Origin: a virus | Length of the DNA stretch: 64,000 nucleotides | Strand: one strand, 5' to 3' | IMG/VR virus record: IMGVR_UViG_3300045988_122538 | In this document: piece after piece, positions 1 to 8,757 of the stretch | How positions within the stretch are numbered: the stretch's first letter is position 1 | Layout of the letters: each line of letters starts with the position of its first letter | Program-made: the position numbers and the translations under genes | Notes under the pieces: generated by a model | Told to the model about the DNA's origin: nothing | The model's database searches: none | Seen by the model: only the letters and a program-made list of their open reading frames with translations

Positions 1-1
1 A

Positions 2-226
2 GAGAGAGCTGTAGATACAAATCATGCGAATCTTACAGCTGTTGTTCTGTATGATGTGTTAATGGATACAGTTCTAAAACCTCTTTTAGATAAGAAGTCA
101 GACGGGTATTATCTATGCGATTCTGGAATATATGATATGGTCTATTCATCAAATTCATCATGTCTTGATAACTATACAAATTACAAGTATGACCCTAGCA
201 TATTAGAATCGTTAAAACTTATGTAA
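2..226 (+). CDS. partial ORF (3' end), hypothetical protein
   Basis: Frame 2 is open from the window edge to TAA at 224-226 (...YDPSILESLKLM*). The start lies upstream of the window. Confidence 0.4.
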   Translation, partial: ERAVDTNHANLTAVVLYDVLMDTVLKPLLDKKSDGYYLCDSGIYDMVYSSNSSCLDNYTNYKYDPSILESLKLM

Positions 227-246
227 TCTAAAAGAAAGGAGATGTT

Positions 247-1410
247 TTGACCATGGTGAAATTTACGCAGTTACCTGATAAGCTTATTTATCCAGCACGT
301 ATTAGAGCAAAGCTGTCAACATTACATTCTGATGTGATAACTTATGTAGTATCTAATTTCAAGAATACTGCTAAGTACAAGCGTCAAGTTGTTGATACAT
401 TGAATACAATTTCTGTGTATATTAAAAACAATGATGCTTTACCTTCTGATTGGAGTGTTTCTAATCCATTGACCAATCTAGAGTTGTTGGATTCTAGCTT
501 TTGTGAAGATACATTAGGTAACTTATGTATCAAAGTTAAGGATATAATTTGGGACGTTCAAGAGTCTGAAACAGATGAACAGATATCTACAGATACAGTT
601 GTTACTGCAAAAACTTCATCCGAAGATACTGTAACTTCGTCTAAGGTTGTAAATGTCAAACCTAAACGTGATATAGGTGTTGTTGTATCTCCAACTCCTA
701 AAGAAAATCTGTATATAAAGCCTCCGACCATTCCACAATTTGATGCGTCTAAACCTTGGTTACAGTCTCAATTAAATCAAAATGTATACACAATATATGA
801 ATCTCTTCCTATCATACCTGTTAATCAGAGTCAGATATCTGTAACTACTGATGTTTCAAAAATGACTATCATGGATATGATGAAATTGTATCCTAATCAT
901 TTTATTCGGACAAGAGCAGCAACTATGTATGAAAATCATAATGGTTTGACTCTTGATGATGACATTGGTATTATTTTGCCGATTGTAGGTTTCAGCCCGA
1001 CTCAGGTTAAAGATAACATTATCAAATATCCGCACATATACAAACTTACTCGATACATGAATAATAAATTCACTAGTTTTTATTCAAATATCGAGATTGA
1101 CGGTGAGTTACATGATACGCTTTCCATTTGGGATAGTTTACCTGATAGCAAGAAGATGCCTCGTAATTCAGAGTTCATAAAAGAGTATGTAGTTCGGAGA
1201 TATTTACTAGAACGTGATATTCTTGGAGTAGAGCATAAGTATCCGTTGTTTGGGACACTAGAACCGTTCTTAACATTATTCACAACATCTGATGATTATA
1301 TCCGACTTGGATATACAGATGTTACTGATATTGCAAAACAATGTGTGATATCTAGAGTAAGTTATAAGCGGTCAAGAAATCCAATACTAAGGATGGTGTA
1401 TAATGAATAA
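247..1410 (+). CDS. hypothetical protein; first gene of the replication module, possible initiator by position only
   Basis: 387-codon ORF. AGGAG at 237-241 lies ahead of TTG 247 (ATG 253 is an alternative start). Its stop overlaps the next start. I recognised no motif. Confidence 0.6.
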   Translation: MTMVKFTQLPDKLIYPARIRAKLSTLHSDVITYVVSNFKNTAKYKRQVVDTLNTISVYIKNNDALPSDWSVSNPLTNLELLDSSFCEDTLGNLCIKVKDIIWDVQESETDEQISTDTVVTAKTSSEDTVTSSKVVNVKPKRDIGVVVSPTPKENLYIKPPTIPQFDASKPWLQSQLNQNVYTIYESLPIIPVNQSQISVTTDVSKMTIMDMMKLYPNHFIRTRAATMYENHNGLTLDDDIGIILPIVGFSPTQVKDNIIKYPHIYKLTRYMNNKFTSFYSNIEIDGELHDTLSIWDSLPDSKKMPRNSEFIKEYVVRRYLLERDILGVEHKYPLFGTLEPFLTLFTTSDDYIRLGYTDVTDIAKQCVISRVSYKRSRNPILRMVYNE

Positions 1411-1990
1411 CTGTATATTTACTGCTCATTGCACAGAACCTGTTTGTGATAAATCTTGTCCTATATTGTCAGAGACATCTTATTTGCTAGAACGAAATGG
1501 GTTATCATTTGATAATGCAGTATTCCATTCTTCTACTAAAGACATCAACAATGCTTTATATGCATTGCATAAATCAGATGGTAAATTAGCTACAGTTGTT
1601 TCTGACGATACAATTAGATCAAGTAATCTGCTTACATACTGTGCAATATGCGAAAATTGGCAAGGTAATAGATTACATTGTAATGTATATCATTTGAAGT
1701 TCTCTAATCATGTTGAAGCAATACAACGAAGTTGGTCAAATAAGAATACATCAGATTCGCTTGAATATGAACAAATATGGTCGTCTAGTGCTAAAATACT
1801 GATCATTTCTAATATAGATTATGTTCAATTCAAGGACTTTCAGTCACAGACATTATTGAATCTCATTCATAACCGTATGAATAATAACCTTACTACTATA
1901 GTAGTATCACCTAACCTGTCAGCTCTTATTGGTAATGGTTTGTTTTTCAGTAAACTTGTTAAGATACTAGATAAGGCGGTGATTAAGTGA
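1403..1990 (+). CDS. hypothetical protein; possible degenerate DnaC/DnaI-like helicase loader
   Basis: Sits immediately upstream of the DnaB-like helicase and is translationally coupled to it (GTGA overlap). N-terminal Cys cluster CTEPVCDKSCP. C-terminal ILIISNIDYVQF...LLNLIHNRMNNNLTTIVVSPN resembles the Walker B/sensor region of DnaC/DnaI, but there is no Walker A GKT. Confidence 0.4.
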   Translation: MNNCIFTAHCTEPVCDKSCPILSETSYLLERNGLSFDNAVFHSSTKDINNALYALHKSDGKLATVVSDDTIRSSNLLTYCAICENWQGNRLHCNVYHLKFSNHVEAIQRSWSNKNTSDSLEYEQIWSSSAKILIISNIDYVQFKDFQSQTLLNLIHNRMNNNLTTIVVSPNLSALIGNGLFFSKLVKILDKAVIK

Positions 1991-3333
1991 TAACATCAAT
2001 TGAACTCCAAGTTATATCAAGAATCCTTACAAGCGATTCAATAAATGAGATAAATACATTATGTGGGTTTGATGATTCATATTATTCTGTATTTAAGGAA
2101 CATATTCAATTCATACTGAATCATAAAGAGCGGTACAATGATGTACCTGATGTATTTACCTTTCAATCACAATTCCCAGATATCACACTTGTAAAGGTTA
2201 CTGAAAGTTTATCTTATCTTGTAGATGAGTTAAACAAGAATAAGCAGCATATAATACTTTTGGAGACCTTCAATAAATTGAAGGATCTAGGTGCTGGGGA
2301 TGTTACAGACGCTTGGTCATACTTGAATGCTCAATGTGAAAAGGTTGCTCGGTTAGATTCAACTCAACCTTTGAACATTGTAAAAGACGCAAGAGAGCGA
2401 AGTAGACAAGTACAAGAATTCAGTAAACAACAAAGAATTCCTACTGGTTTTCCTGAGATTGATAAAGTAATGTACGGAGGGTTTTCAACAGTTGAGGAAC
2501 TTGTGATAGTAGTTGCACGTACTAACACCGGTAAGTCTTGGGTAGGTACAAGAATGATGGAGTCTGCTCAAGAGAACAAATTTCCAGCACTTTATTACTC
2601 TCCTGAGATGCAGGCTAGTTTCTTAGGTACACGTTTTGATACTTGGAGGGGTCATTTCAAAAATAGTGATCTACATCAAGGTAAATACGACGAACAGTAC
2701 TATAAATATCTAGATAATCTAGAGAAAGAAGAGACAGATGCATACATACTTGAGGATAAAGATGTACCAGGTGAAGTAGTAAACGTACCTGTACTTAGAA
2801 AAATAGTCAGAGCTAATAACATTAAGTTAGTTATAGTTGACGGCTTGTCTTATATGGAAGATAGCCAAGGTAAGGCAAGTGATTCTGATTACGTCAAATA
2901 TAAAAACTTATGTTCAGATCTATTTCGTATGAGCAAACAAGAGGGTTGTGCAGTTGTCGTTATGATGCAAGCGAATAGAGAATCTAAAGATAACAAAGAT
3001 GATAAAGGAGAAGTATTCCCAAATATTTATAATATCGAGGGATCTGACCATCCTGCACGTATAGCAACTCAAGTATTTGCAATGAGACAGATATTTGATA
3101 AGCATGTACTTGATATCCGTTTAGAAAAATCAAGAAATGCTAACAATCAAAAACCTGAATTCTCATATTCTTGGGATATCAATACAGGTAATATGCAATA
3201 TATACCCGGATCTCAAAGTGATTCTATCAGCACAGTAATTACACCACCTGTAAGCCCAGCTGGTATTGTATCTGCTCCTAAAGCTCCGGATGATATTGTT
3301 CTCGATGATTCTGATGACGAAGTTGAATTTTGA
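1987..3333 (+). CDS. dnaB: DnaB-family replicative DNA helicase
   Basis: Walker A VIVVARTNTGKSWVG, Walker B KLVIVDGLSYMED and an H3-like VVVMMQANRESK. Size of 448 aa and its position next to the primase fit. Confidence 0.85.
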   Translation: MITSIELQVISRILTSDSINEINTLCGFDDSYYSVFKEHIQFILNHKERYNDVPDVFTFQSQFPDITLVKVTESLSYLVDELNKNKQHIILLETFNKLKDLGAGDVTDAWSYLNAQCEKVARLDSTQPLNIVKDARERSRQVQEFSKQQRIPTGFPEIDKVMYGGFSTVEELVIVVARTNTGKSWVGTRMMESAQENKFPALYYSPEMQASFLGTRFDTWRGHFKNSDLHQGKYDEQYYKYLDNLEKEETDAYILEDKDVPGEVVNVPVLRKIVRANNIKLVIVDGLSYMEDSQGKASDSDYVKYKNLCSDLFRMSKQEGCAVVVMMQANRESKDNKDDKGEVFPNIYNIEGSDHPARIATQVFAMRQIFDKHVLDIRLEKSRNANNQKPEFSYSWDINTGNMQYIPGSQSDSISTVITPPVSPAGIVSAPKAPDDIVLDDSDDEVEF

Positions 3334-3351
3334 TAGGAGGTAGAATATTTT

Positions 3352-3816
3352 ATGAGTGACTTCATCATATACACAGATGGTGCTTGTAGTGGTAATCCAG
3401 GTCCTGGTGGGTGGGCGTTTGTTGCTGTCGAATCAAATGGTACAGGTACTAAGATTGAATCATCTGGTTCTGAATTAAATACTACAAATAATCGTATGGA
3501 GCTAACCGCTGTTATCAACGGTATATCGTTTATAAAGGCTATTGCATATAGTTCTATGCTCATTCTTACTGACAGTAAATATATTGTAGATGCTGTCAAT
3601 CAAGGTTGGCTGAATAGCTGGGTAAGTAAGAATTGGAAGAAGTCAGATGGTAAACCAGTGCTCAATCAAGATTTATGGTCTAAATTGCTTGAATTGATGT
3701 CTATTTACAATGTTTCATTTCAATGGGTAAAAAGTCATGCAGGTATTCCTGAGAATGAACGCTGTGATGAATTAGCTCGAAAAGAGATAAAGAAGTTGAG
3801 GGAGCTATATGGTTGA
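3352..3816 (+). CDS. rnhA: ribonuclease HI
   Basis: IYTDGACSGNPGPGGWAFV, TNNRMELTAV, LTDSKYIVDAV and VKSHAGIPENERCDELA give the full RNase HI DEDD signature. AGGAGG SD is present. Confidence 0.9.
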   Translation: MSDFIIYTDGACSGNPGPGGWAFVAVESNGTGTKIESSGSELNTTNNRMELTAVINGISFIKAIAYSSMLILTDSKYIVDAVNQGWLNSWVSKNWKKSDGKPVLNQDLWSKLLELMSIYNVSFQWVKSHAGIPENERCDELARKEIKKLRELYG

Positions 3817-4807
3817 TGTAGAATTGATACTTCAAAAGCTTGAATCATTCGGATTCATTCGAATACATAAACAAGCTGGTAACTACATGCAGATATACTG
3901 CCCATTTCATTCAGATGGTAATGAAAGAAAACCGTCATGCGGTGTATTACTGCACGAAGAATATAAAAATGGCAGACACTATCCTCAAGGTTGGACACAT
4001 TGTTTCACATGTGGTTATGCTGAATCTCTACCAGATATGATTACTGACTTGCTTAAGTTGAAGTCAATATCACAAACTGGCATTGATTGGTTAGTTCAAA
4101 ATATTCCTGGATTTGTTCCTGATTTTGAATCTGAATTTGAAGCATTGATACCAGATACACTTATGTCTACATTAAATGATAAATATGCTGTAAACTATAT
4201 TCAGTCTATAACTCAGCCTAAACCTGATTATATATCTGAAAGTGAACTTGCATCTTATAGATTCACTATACCATATATGTATGAACGCAAATTGACTGAT
4301 GAAATAATTGATAAATTTGATGTAGGATATGATGCAAATTGGGTAGCACCTGGAAGAACTAAACCTACTCCGTGTGTTACATTTCCAGTGAGAGATAAAT
4401 CTGGGAACACGTTATTTTTCTGTAGACGAAGTGTTAAAGGTAAATTTTTCAACTATCCTACAGGTGTTACAAAACCTGTATATGGTCTATATGAGTTACC
4501 TGAACACTGTAAATCCGTTGTAATCTGTGAAAGCTGCTTCAACGCACTTACTTGCTGGGTATACGGTAAACCAGCTGTTGCACTTTTAGGGACAGGTAAT
4601 TCATACCAGATACAGCAACTTAAGGAGCTTGGAGTACAAGAATTTATACTTGCATTTGATCCAGACGAAGCAGGTCAGCGTGCTACTGCTAAGTTGAAGA
4701 AAGCATTGAAGGGAGTAGCAATTGTTTGGTCATTTGTAGGTATACCTGCAGGTAAGGACATAAATGATTTGACCAAAGAAGAATTTGACTCACTAGAGTT
4801 AGAATGA
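3809..4807 (+). CDS. dnaG: DnaG-type DNA primase (CHC2 zinc finger plus Toprim)
   Basis: Zinc finger CPFHSDGNERKPSCGV...HCFTCGY. Toprim motifs VVICESCFNALTCW and AFDPDEAGQRA. Confidence 0.85.
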   Translation: MVDVELILQKLESFGFIRIHKQAGNYMQIYCPFHSDGNERKPSCGVLLHEEYKNGRHYPQGWTHCFTCGYAESLPDMITDLLKLKSISQTGIDWLVQNIPGFVPDFESEFEALIPDTLMSTLNDKYAVNYIQSITQPKPDYISESELASYRFTIPYMYERKLTDEIIDKFDVGYDANWVAPGRTKPTPCVTFPVRDKSGNTLFFCRRSVKGKFFNYPTGVTKPVYGLYELPEHCKSVVICESCFNALTCWVYGKPAVALLGTGNSYQIQQLKELGVQEFILAFDPDEAGQRATAKLKKALKGVAIVWSFVGIPAGKDINDLTKEEFDSLELE

Positions 4808-4811
4808 GGTA

Positions 4812-5210
4812 ATGCAAATGAATTCTAAAGAATCGGAACTTAAATTGTCAGAAGACTTGTCACATGTTTTAGCATTTCTTAGAAACATATTAACAATATA
4901 TTCTCAAAATAGAGAAATGCTATCTACATATGATAGAAAAACAAGTGATTTCAATCATGCTCTCGAATTATACAATCTGAGTTATAATGAAAGAGCGAAG
5001 TTAGCAACTAAACAGCGTGATAATCTGATTGAAAGACGTAAGTGTAAAGACATCATTTATGAGTATCAGCCTGTTGCTGACTTACTTGACTCTAAAGAGG
5101 GTCATAGATTTTTGAATCTACTGAGTGAAGCATTAGGGAAAGTTCGTAAAGAAGAGAAAGCTCATGAAAACAGAACATATCGAAAACGTATAGCTGATGA
5201 TAAGGAGTAA
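4812..5210 (+). CDS. hypothetical protein
   Basis: 132-codon ORF in the operon. GAGG at 4806-4809 favours the second ATG at 4818 as the true start. Charged, coiled-coil-like sequence. Confidence 0.6.
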   Translation: MQMNSKESELKLSEDLSHVLAFLRNILTIYSQNREMLSTYDRKTSDFNHALELYNLSYNERAKLATKQRDNLIERRKCKDIIYEYQPVADLLDSKEGHRFLNLLSEALGKVRKEEKAHENRTYRKRIADDKE

Positions 5211-5213
5211 TAC

Positions 5214-5693
5214 ATGAAGCGTAATGATTATATAAGTTGGGATACATATTTTATGGGAGTTGCTATGCTTGCGTCTAAACGAAGCAAAGATCCATCTACA
5301 CAGGTAGGTGCTTGCATTGTAAATAATAATGATATCATTGTAGGCGTAGGGTATAACGGTATGCCAAGAGGTTGTTCTGATGATACTATGCCTTGGGCAC
5401 GTTCTGCAACTAGCCCTTTACATACTAAATATCTATTTGTGTGTCATGCTGAGCTAAATGCTATACTTAATGCAAATACTGCAAGCTTAAAAGATTGTAC
5501 ACTGTATGCTACTTTGTTCCCTTGTAATGAATGTGCTAAAGCTATAATTCAAAGTGGTATCAAACGTGTTGTATATTATGAAGATAAATATGCAGATACT
5601 GATAGTGTTAAAGCATCAAAGCTTTTGTTTGCTACTAGCGGTATTTCTGTTGAAGCTTACACTAAATCTGATACTGTAACATTATTACTTTGA
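5214..5693 (+). CDS. dCMP (deoxycytidylate) deaminase
   Basis: Zinc-binding CDA motifs CHAELNAI and PCNECAKAI. Size and N-terminal YFMGVAMLASKRSKDPSTQVGA are typical of the ComEB/dCMP deaminase family. Confidence 0.85.
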   Translation: MKRNDYISWDTYFMGVAMLASKRSKDPSTQVGACIVNNNDIIVGVGYNGMPRGCSDDTMPWARSATSPLHTKYLFVCHAELNAILNANTASLKDCTLYATLFPCNECAKAIIQSGIKRVVYYEDKYADTDSVKASKLLFATSGISVEAYTKSDTVTLLL

Positions 5694-5737
5694 TAGTGTG
5701 ATCGTTATTATTAGTACAACAAAACATGGAGGTGCTT

Positions 5738-6307
5738 ATGTTGAAAATTTTCTTTGATACAGAGTTTACAGGATTACACCAAGGTACTACATTGATAAGC
5801 ATTGGGCTTATCACAGAAGCTGGTGAGACATTTTATGCAGAGTTTACAGATTATGATCAGTCTCAATTGACTGACTGGATCAGGGATAATGTTATTGCTA
5901 ATCTCCAATTAGTCAACAACCCTATAGCTGATCCGTTCATTTCATATAAATCTCCGTATCTACCAATATTTACTAATGTTAAAATGTATGGTAGTCGATA
6001 TGAGGTTGCAGATGCTTTACGAGATTGGCTTGAACAGTTTGGAGAAACAATTGAGATGTGGAGCGACTGTCTCGCATATGATTGGGTCTTATTTTGTGAG
6101 CTGTTCGGAGGCGCATTTCATATACCGTCTTGTGTATATTATATACCTTTTGATCTATCTACATTGTTTCAAATCAAAGGAATTGATCCTGATATTGATC
6201 GTGAATTATTTGCATTCAGCGGTTCTGATAAATCACCTGACAGTATGCTCAAACATAACAGTTTATGGGATGCTATTATCATCCGTAAGTGTTATGAAAA
6301 ATGCTAA
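5738..6307 (+). CDS. DEDDh 3'-5' exonuclease (Rv2179c-like exoribonuclease family)
   Basis: Exo motifs FFDTEFTGL, AYDWVLF and HNSLWDA. GGAGG at 5728-5732 supports ATG 5738 rather than the track start at 5726. Confidence 0.75.
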   Translation: MLKIFFDTEFTGLHQGTTLISIGLITEAGETFYAEFTDYDQSQLTDWIRDNVIANLQLVNNPIADPFISYKSPYLPIFTNVKMYGSRYEVADALRDWLEQFGETIEMWSDCLAYDWVLFCELFGGAFHIPSCVYYIPFDLSTLFQIKGIDPDIDRELFAFSGSDKSPDSMLKHNSLWDAIIIRKCYEKC

Positions 6308-6321
6308 ATGGAGGTTCATAA

Positions 6322-7188
6322 ATGAAATGTATATATCATAATGATATGGATGGTAGATGTGCAGGGGCATTAGTTGCTAGATATACTGGTAATTATAATA
6401 AAGATGATTTTATCGAGTGTAGCTATACACAATTTCCACTTCATAAAATTGAACGTGGTGAATCTGTTTACATTGTTGATTATTCATTCACAGATGCAAC
6501 TGTTCATATCCTTCGTCAGATGGTAGAAAAGCAGTGCAACATTGTATGGATAGATCATCATACATCTAGCATACAATTACAGAATAAGTATGAGTATGAA
6601 TGGTTAAAACGTATAGATGGTATACGTGATGAGAGTCAGAGTGGTGCTGGATTAACTTACAGCTATTTTCATTCTATGGAGGGTCATCTTGATGTTGAAA
6701 AGCTTCCTAGATTTGTTCAGCTTGTTGATGATTATGATAGATGGGTTTACCGTTTAGGGGAGGATACAACTTATTTCAAACTAGGTTTGGAAACTATTGA
6801 ATTTGATGCACTTGATAGTATTTGGAGAGAGCTCATGCTTTCTGATGAAAAGGTAGATTCTATCATTGCAGTAGGTGCTATAATAAAGCAATATATTGAC
6901 AAGTCAAATGCATCTTATCTCAAGAGCTACAGTTATGAGTCTACAATTTCGGGTTTACCTTGTCTTGTAATCAATAAACGCACTAACAGCTGGATATTTG
7001 CTGACAAGATTGATGAATATCCAATTGTAGCTACATTTGTTTTTGATGGTGAATGGTACCACTATTCATTATATTCATCTGATAAAACTGTAGATTGCAG
7101 CAAGATTGCAGAGCAGTATGGCGGAGGCGGCCATAAAGGGGCTGCTGGTTTCACATTAAACAGATTGATCTTTGACAAGCGTTCATAA
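6322..7188 (+). CDS. DHH-DHHA1 phosphoesterase (NrnA-like, stand-alone catalytic core)
   Basis: HNDMDGRCAG (motif I), VYIVDYS (II), WIDHHTSS (III) and DHHA1 GGGGHKGAAGF. At 288 aa it is too short for RecJ. Confidence 0.85.
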   Translation: MKCIYHNDMDGRCAGALVARYTGNYNKDDFIECSYTQFPLHKIERGESVYIVDYSFTDATVHILRQMVEKQCNIVWIDHHTSSIQLQNKYEYEWLKRIDGIRDESQSGAGLTYSYFHSMEGHLDVEKLPRFVQLVDDYDRWVYRLGEDTTYFKLGLETIEFDALDSIWRELMLSDEKVDSIIAVGAIIKQYIDKSNASYLKSYSYESTISGLPCLVINKRTNSWIFADKIDEYPIVATFVFDGEWYHYSLYSSDKTVDCSKIAEQYGGGGHKGAAGFTLNRLIFDKRS

Positions 7189-7318
7189 TATATAGTGCAG
7201 AACCTTACATATCTCTGCACTTAAGTTGCAAAGATATAAGATGTGGTAAGTTAGCGAATTCACTATATTTACTCAAAACAGTTTGCTAAAATACTATATG
7301 AATGTGAGGTAATTTGAA

Positions 7319-7627
7319 TTGAATACATCTGATATGTATACAACATTAAGCACACGTACTAAGAACAAGCTATCACGGATACAGCAGAATATATTTCAGC
7401 TGTATCCTGAAATATCTGAACTTGGAATTCAAATATATAATCACACCGGATTCAGAGGTGGTAAGTCTGGATTTGAACTTTGTTTCCAAATAAAATCTAA
7501 AAAGTTAAATGATACAGAAACAGATATATCTTGTGTGTTTACACGTGATATATCTCAGGTGGAATCTAGTAGCATAATGCGTCAATTCAGGCAAAGATAC
7601 ACCAGCTGTGTTTATAATATTCATTGA
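7319..7627 (+). CDS. hypothetical protein
   Basis: 102-codon ORF with a TTG start 9 nt after GAGG 7306-7309. No recognisable motif, so support is weaker than for its neighbours. Confidence 0.45.
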   Translation: MNTSDMYTTLSTRTKNKLSRIQQNIFQLYPEISELGIQIYNHTGFRGGKSGFELCFQIKSKKLNDTETDISCVFTRDISQVESSSIMRQFRQRYTSCVYNIH

Positions 7628-7653
7628 TCTGGTTCAAAAAAATATTATTAAGA

Positions 7654-7736
7654 AACTATTAAATTTTGCAAAAATGCTTGACTTTTTCTCCAAAATCGTA
7701 TATAATAATATATGTAGGGACAAGACAATACCTACA
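7654..7736 (+). promoter_or_regulatory. strong sigma-A-type promoter cassette, copy 1, with a 5' leader hairpin
   Basis: A/T-rich UP-like tract. -35 TTGACT at 7678-7683, a 17-nt spacer, and -10 TATAAT at 7701-7706. Leader hairpin TGTAGG(7713-7718)/CCTACA(7731-7736). Roughly 85-90% identical by eye to 20671-20755. Confidence 0.75.
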
Positions 7737-7778
7737 ACATATCAAAAAATCATAGATGTTAAAAAGGAGTAAAAAGTC

Positions 7779-8705
7779 ATGGGCACAAAAATGTTCAAAA
7801 ACAGGGAAACAAATTTCGAGGCAGCTCGCAGAAAGGCTATCGCACGTTGGTCTGATAACATTCCGGTATCTGAAACACCGTTCTACGCAGCACGTTCTCG
7901 CTTCAGGAGTGTAGTAGGTTATGAGCCGTTGTCTTATGAGGAGTGGTTGTCTTTGGATGACCAGTATAAGGCAGCGGCTCTTTTTGTTACCTTCTTCGAC
8001 CAGATCACTCTCGCATGGAGCAAGGCAAAAAGCTTCTACGTTCTCGAGGAGGATGGTGTATCTGAGATGATGAAATATCTCATGAAGAATACACCTCTGA
8101 TCGCTTCTAAGAAAAGCAAATACTCTCCGGCATACATCTACAGAGTGGCATATAACTGCCTGTACTGCATTAGTCGTGATATCAAGCGTGACAGACTGGC
8201 ATATGAAAATAATGTTCCGCAGTATGTTCAGTGCGGCGATGATGTATTGGATCTGTTCGATACTGTATGCGACACTGAGGATATGGACAACACTATCAGC
8301 AAGAAAAAGTTCTGGGCTCTGGTTGACAATCAGGAGTGGGATGTTAAGGCTATGATTGTCAAAATTCTCGAAGGTGGTGCTTTGCCTGCAGGTATCCCGA
8401 TGAAGCGTCGTGCTGAAATTATGGAGGAACTCAAAACTACTTTTGCAGATTATAAGGCACTCTTCTATGGTGAGTCTGAACAGAAACACGAACTGACATT
8501 TGCATATGTACTGCAGAACGACGACAAAATTGCTTCTGCAGTTGTAGAAATGCCGAACGGCGAGTCTGCTGTATATTATGGCCAGAAGCTGTACAGAAAC
8601 AACAAGGTGTACAGAATTGAATTCTTTGGATCTACTCAGGACTATCTGTTTGCAGCTGAGACAGCACGTGGCTTCAAGGTAACCGACATTGAGATGTACA
8701 GATAA
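7779..8705 (+). CDS. putative phage sigma-like transcription factor (otherwise hypothetical)
   Basis: EEDGVSEMMKYLMKN...SPAYIYRVAYNCLYCISRDIKRDR resembles sigma-70 region 2 (DAEDlvQe...WLyrIa.N...D..R). It is transcribed from the consensus promoter at 7678-7706. No clear region-4 HTH was seen. Confidence 0.4.
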   Translation: MGTKMFKNRETNFEAARRKAIARWSDNIPVSETPFYAARSRFRSVVGYEPLSYEEWLSLDDQYKAAALFVTFFDQITLAWSKAKSFYVLEEDGVSEMMKYLMKNTPLIASKKSKYSPAYIYRVAYNCLYCISRDIKRDRLAYENNVPQYVQCGDDVLDLFDTVCDTEDMDNTISKKKFWALVDNQEWDVKAMIVKILEGGALPAGIPMKRRAEIMEELKTTFADYKALFYGESEQKHELTFAYVLQNDDKIASAVVEMPNGESAVYYGQKLYRNNKVYRIEFFGSTQDYLFAAETARGFKVTDIEMYR

Positions 8706-8757
8706 TAGGAGATATAATCTCTGATACATATCTAATCATCAACTAGTCAATAAACAA

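Noticed and set aside
3213-3599. Other minus-strand ORFs of 60-154 aa (for example 3213-3599, 13555-13920, 19748-20212, 29067-29465, 60574-60963)
   Set aside because: All lie fully inside well-supported + strand genes. They lack SD sequences and give low-complexity translations, so I treat them as antisense shadows.
5976-6341. Nested or alternative-frame + strand ORFs (for example 5976-6341, 9205-9567, 13176-13400, 45291-45602, 62477-62746)
   Set aside because: They overlap longer ORFs that have recognisable domains or SD sites. They have no SD of their own and their translations look random.
7194-7221. 8-bp hairpin AGTGCAGA/TCTGCACT after the DHH gene as a rho-independent terminator
   Set aside because: No U-tract follows it (TAAGTTGC). 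I kept it only as context for the AACCTTACATAT box in its loop.
7659-8729. 356-aa minus-strand ORF, the longest antisense ORF in the window
   Set aside because: It is exactly antisense to the + strand gene at 7779-8705, which has a consensus promoter, an SD and a sensible protein. The minus-strand translation is Cys/Leu/Ile/Phe-rich junk with no SD. Its openness is explained by the C/G-ending codon bias of the sense gene, which avoids TTA, CTA and TCA.
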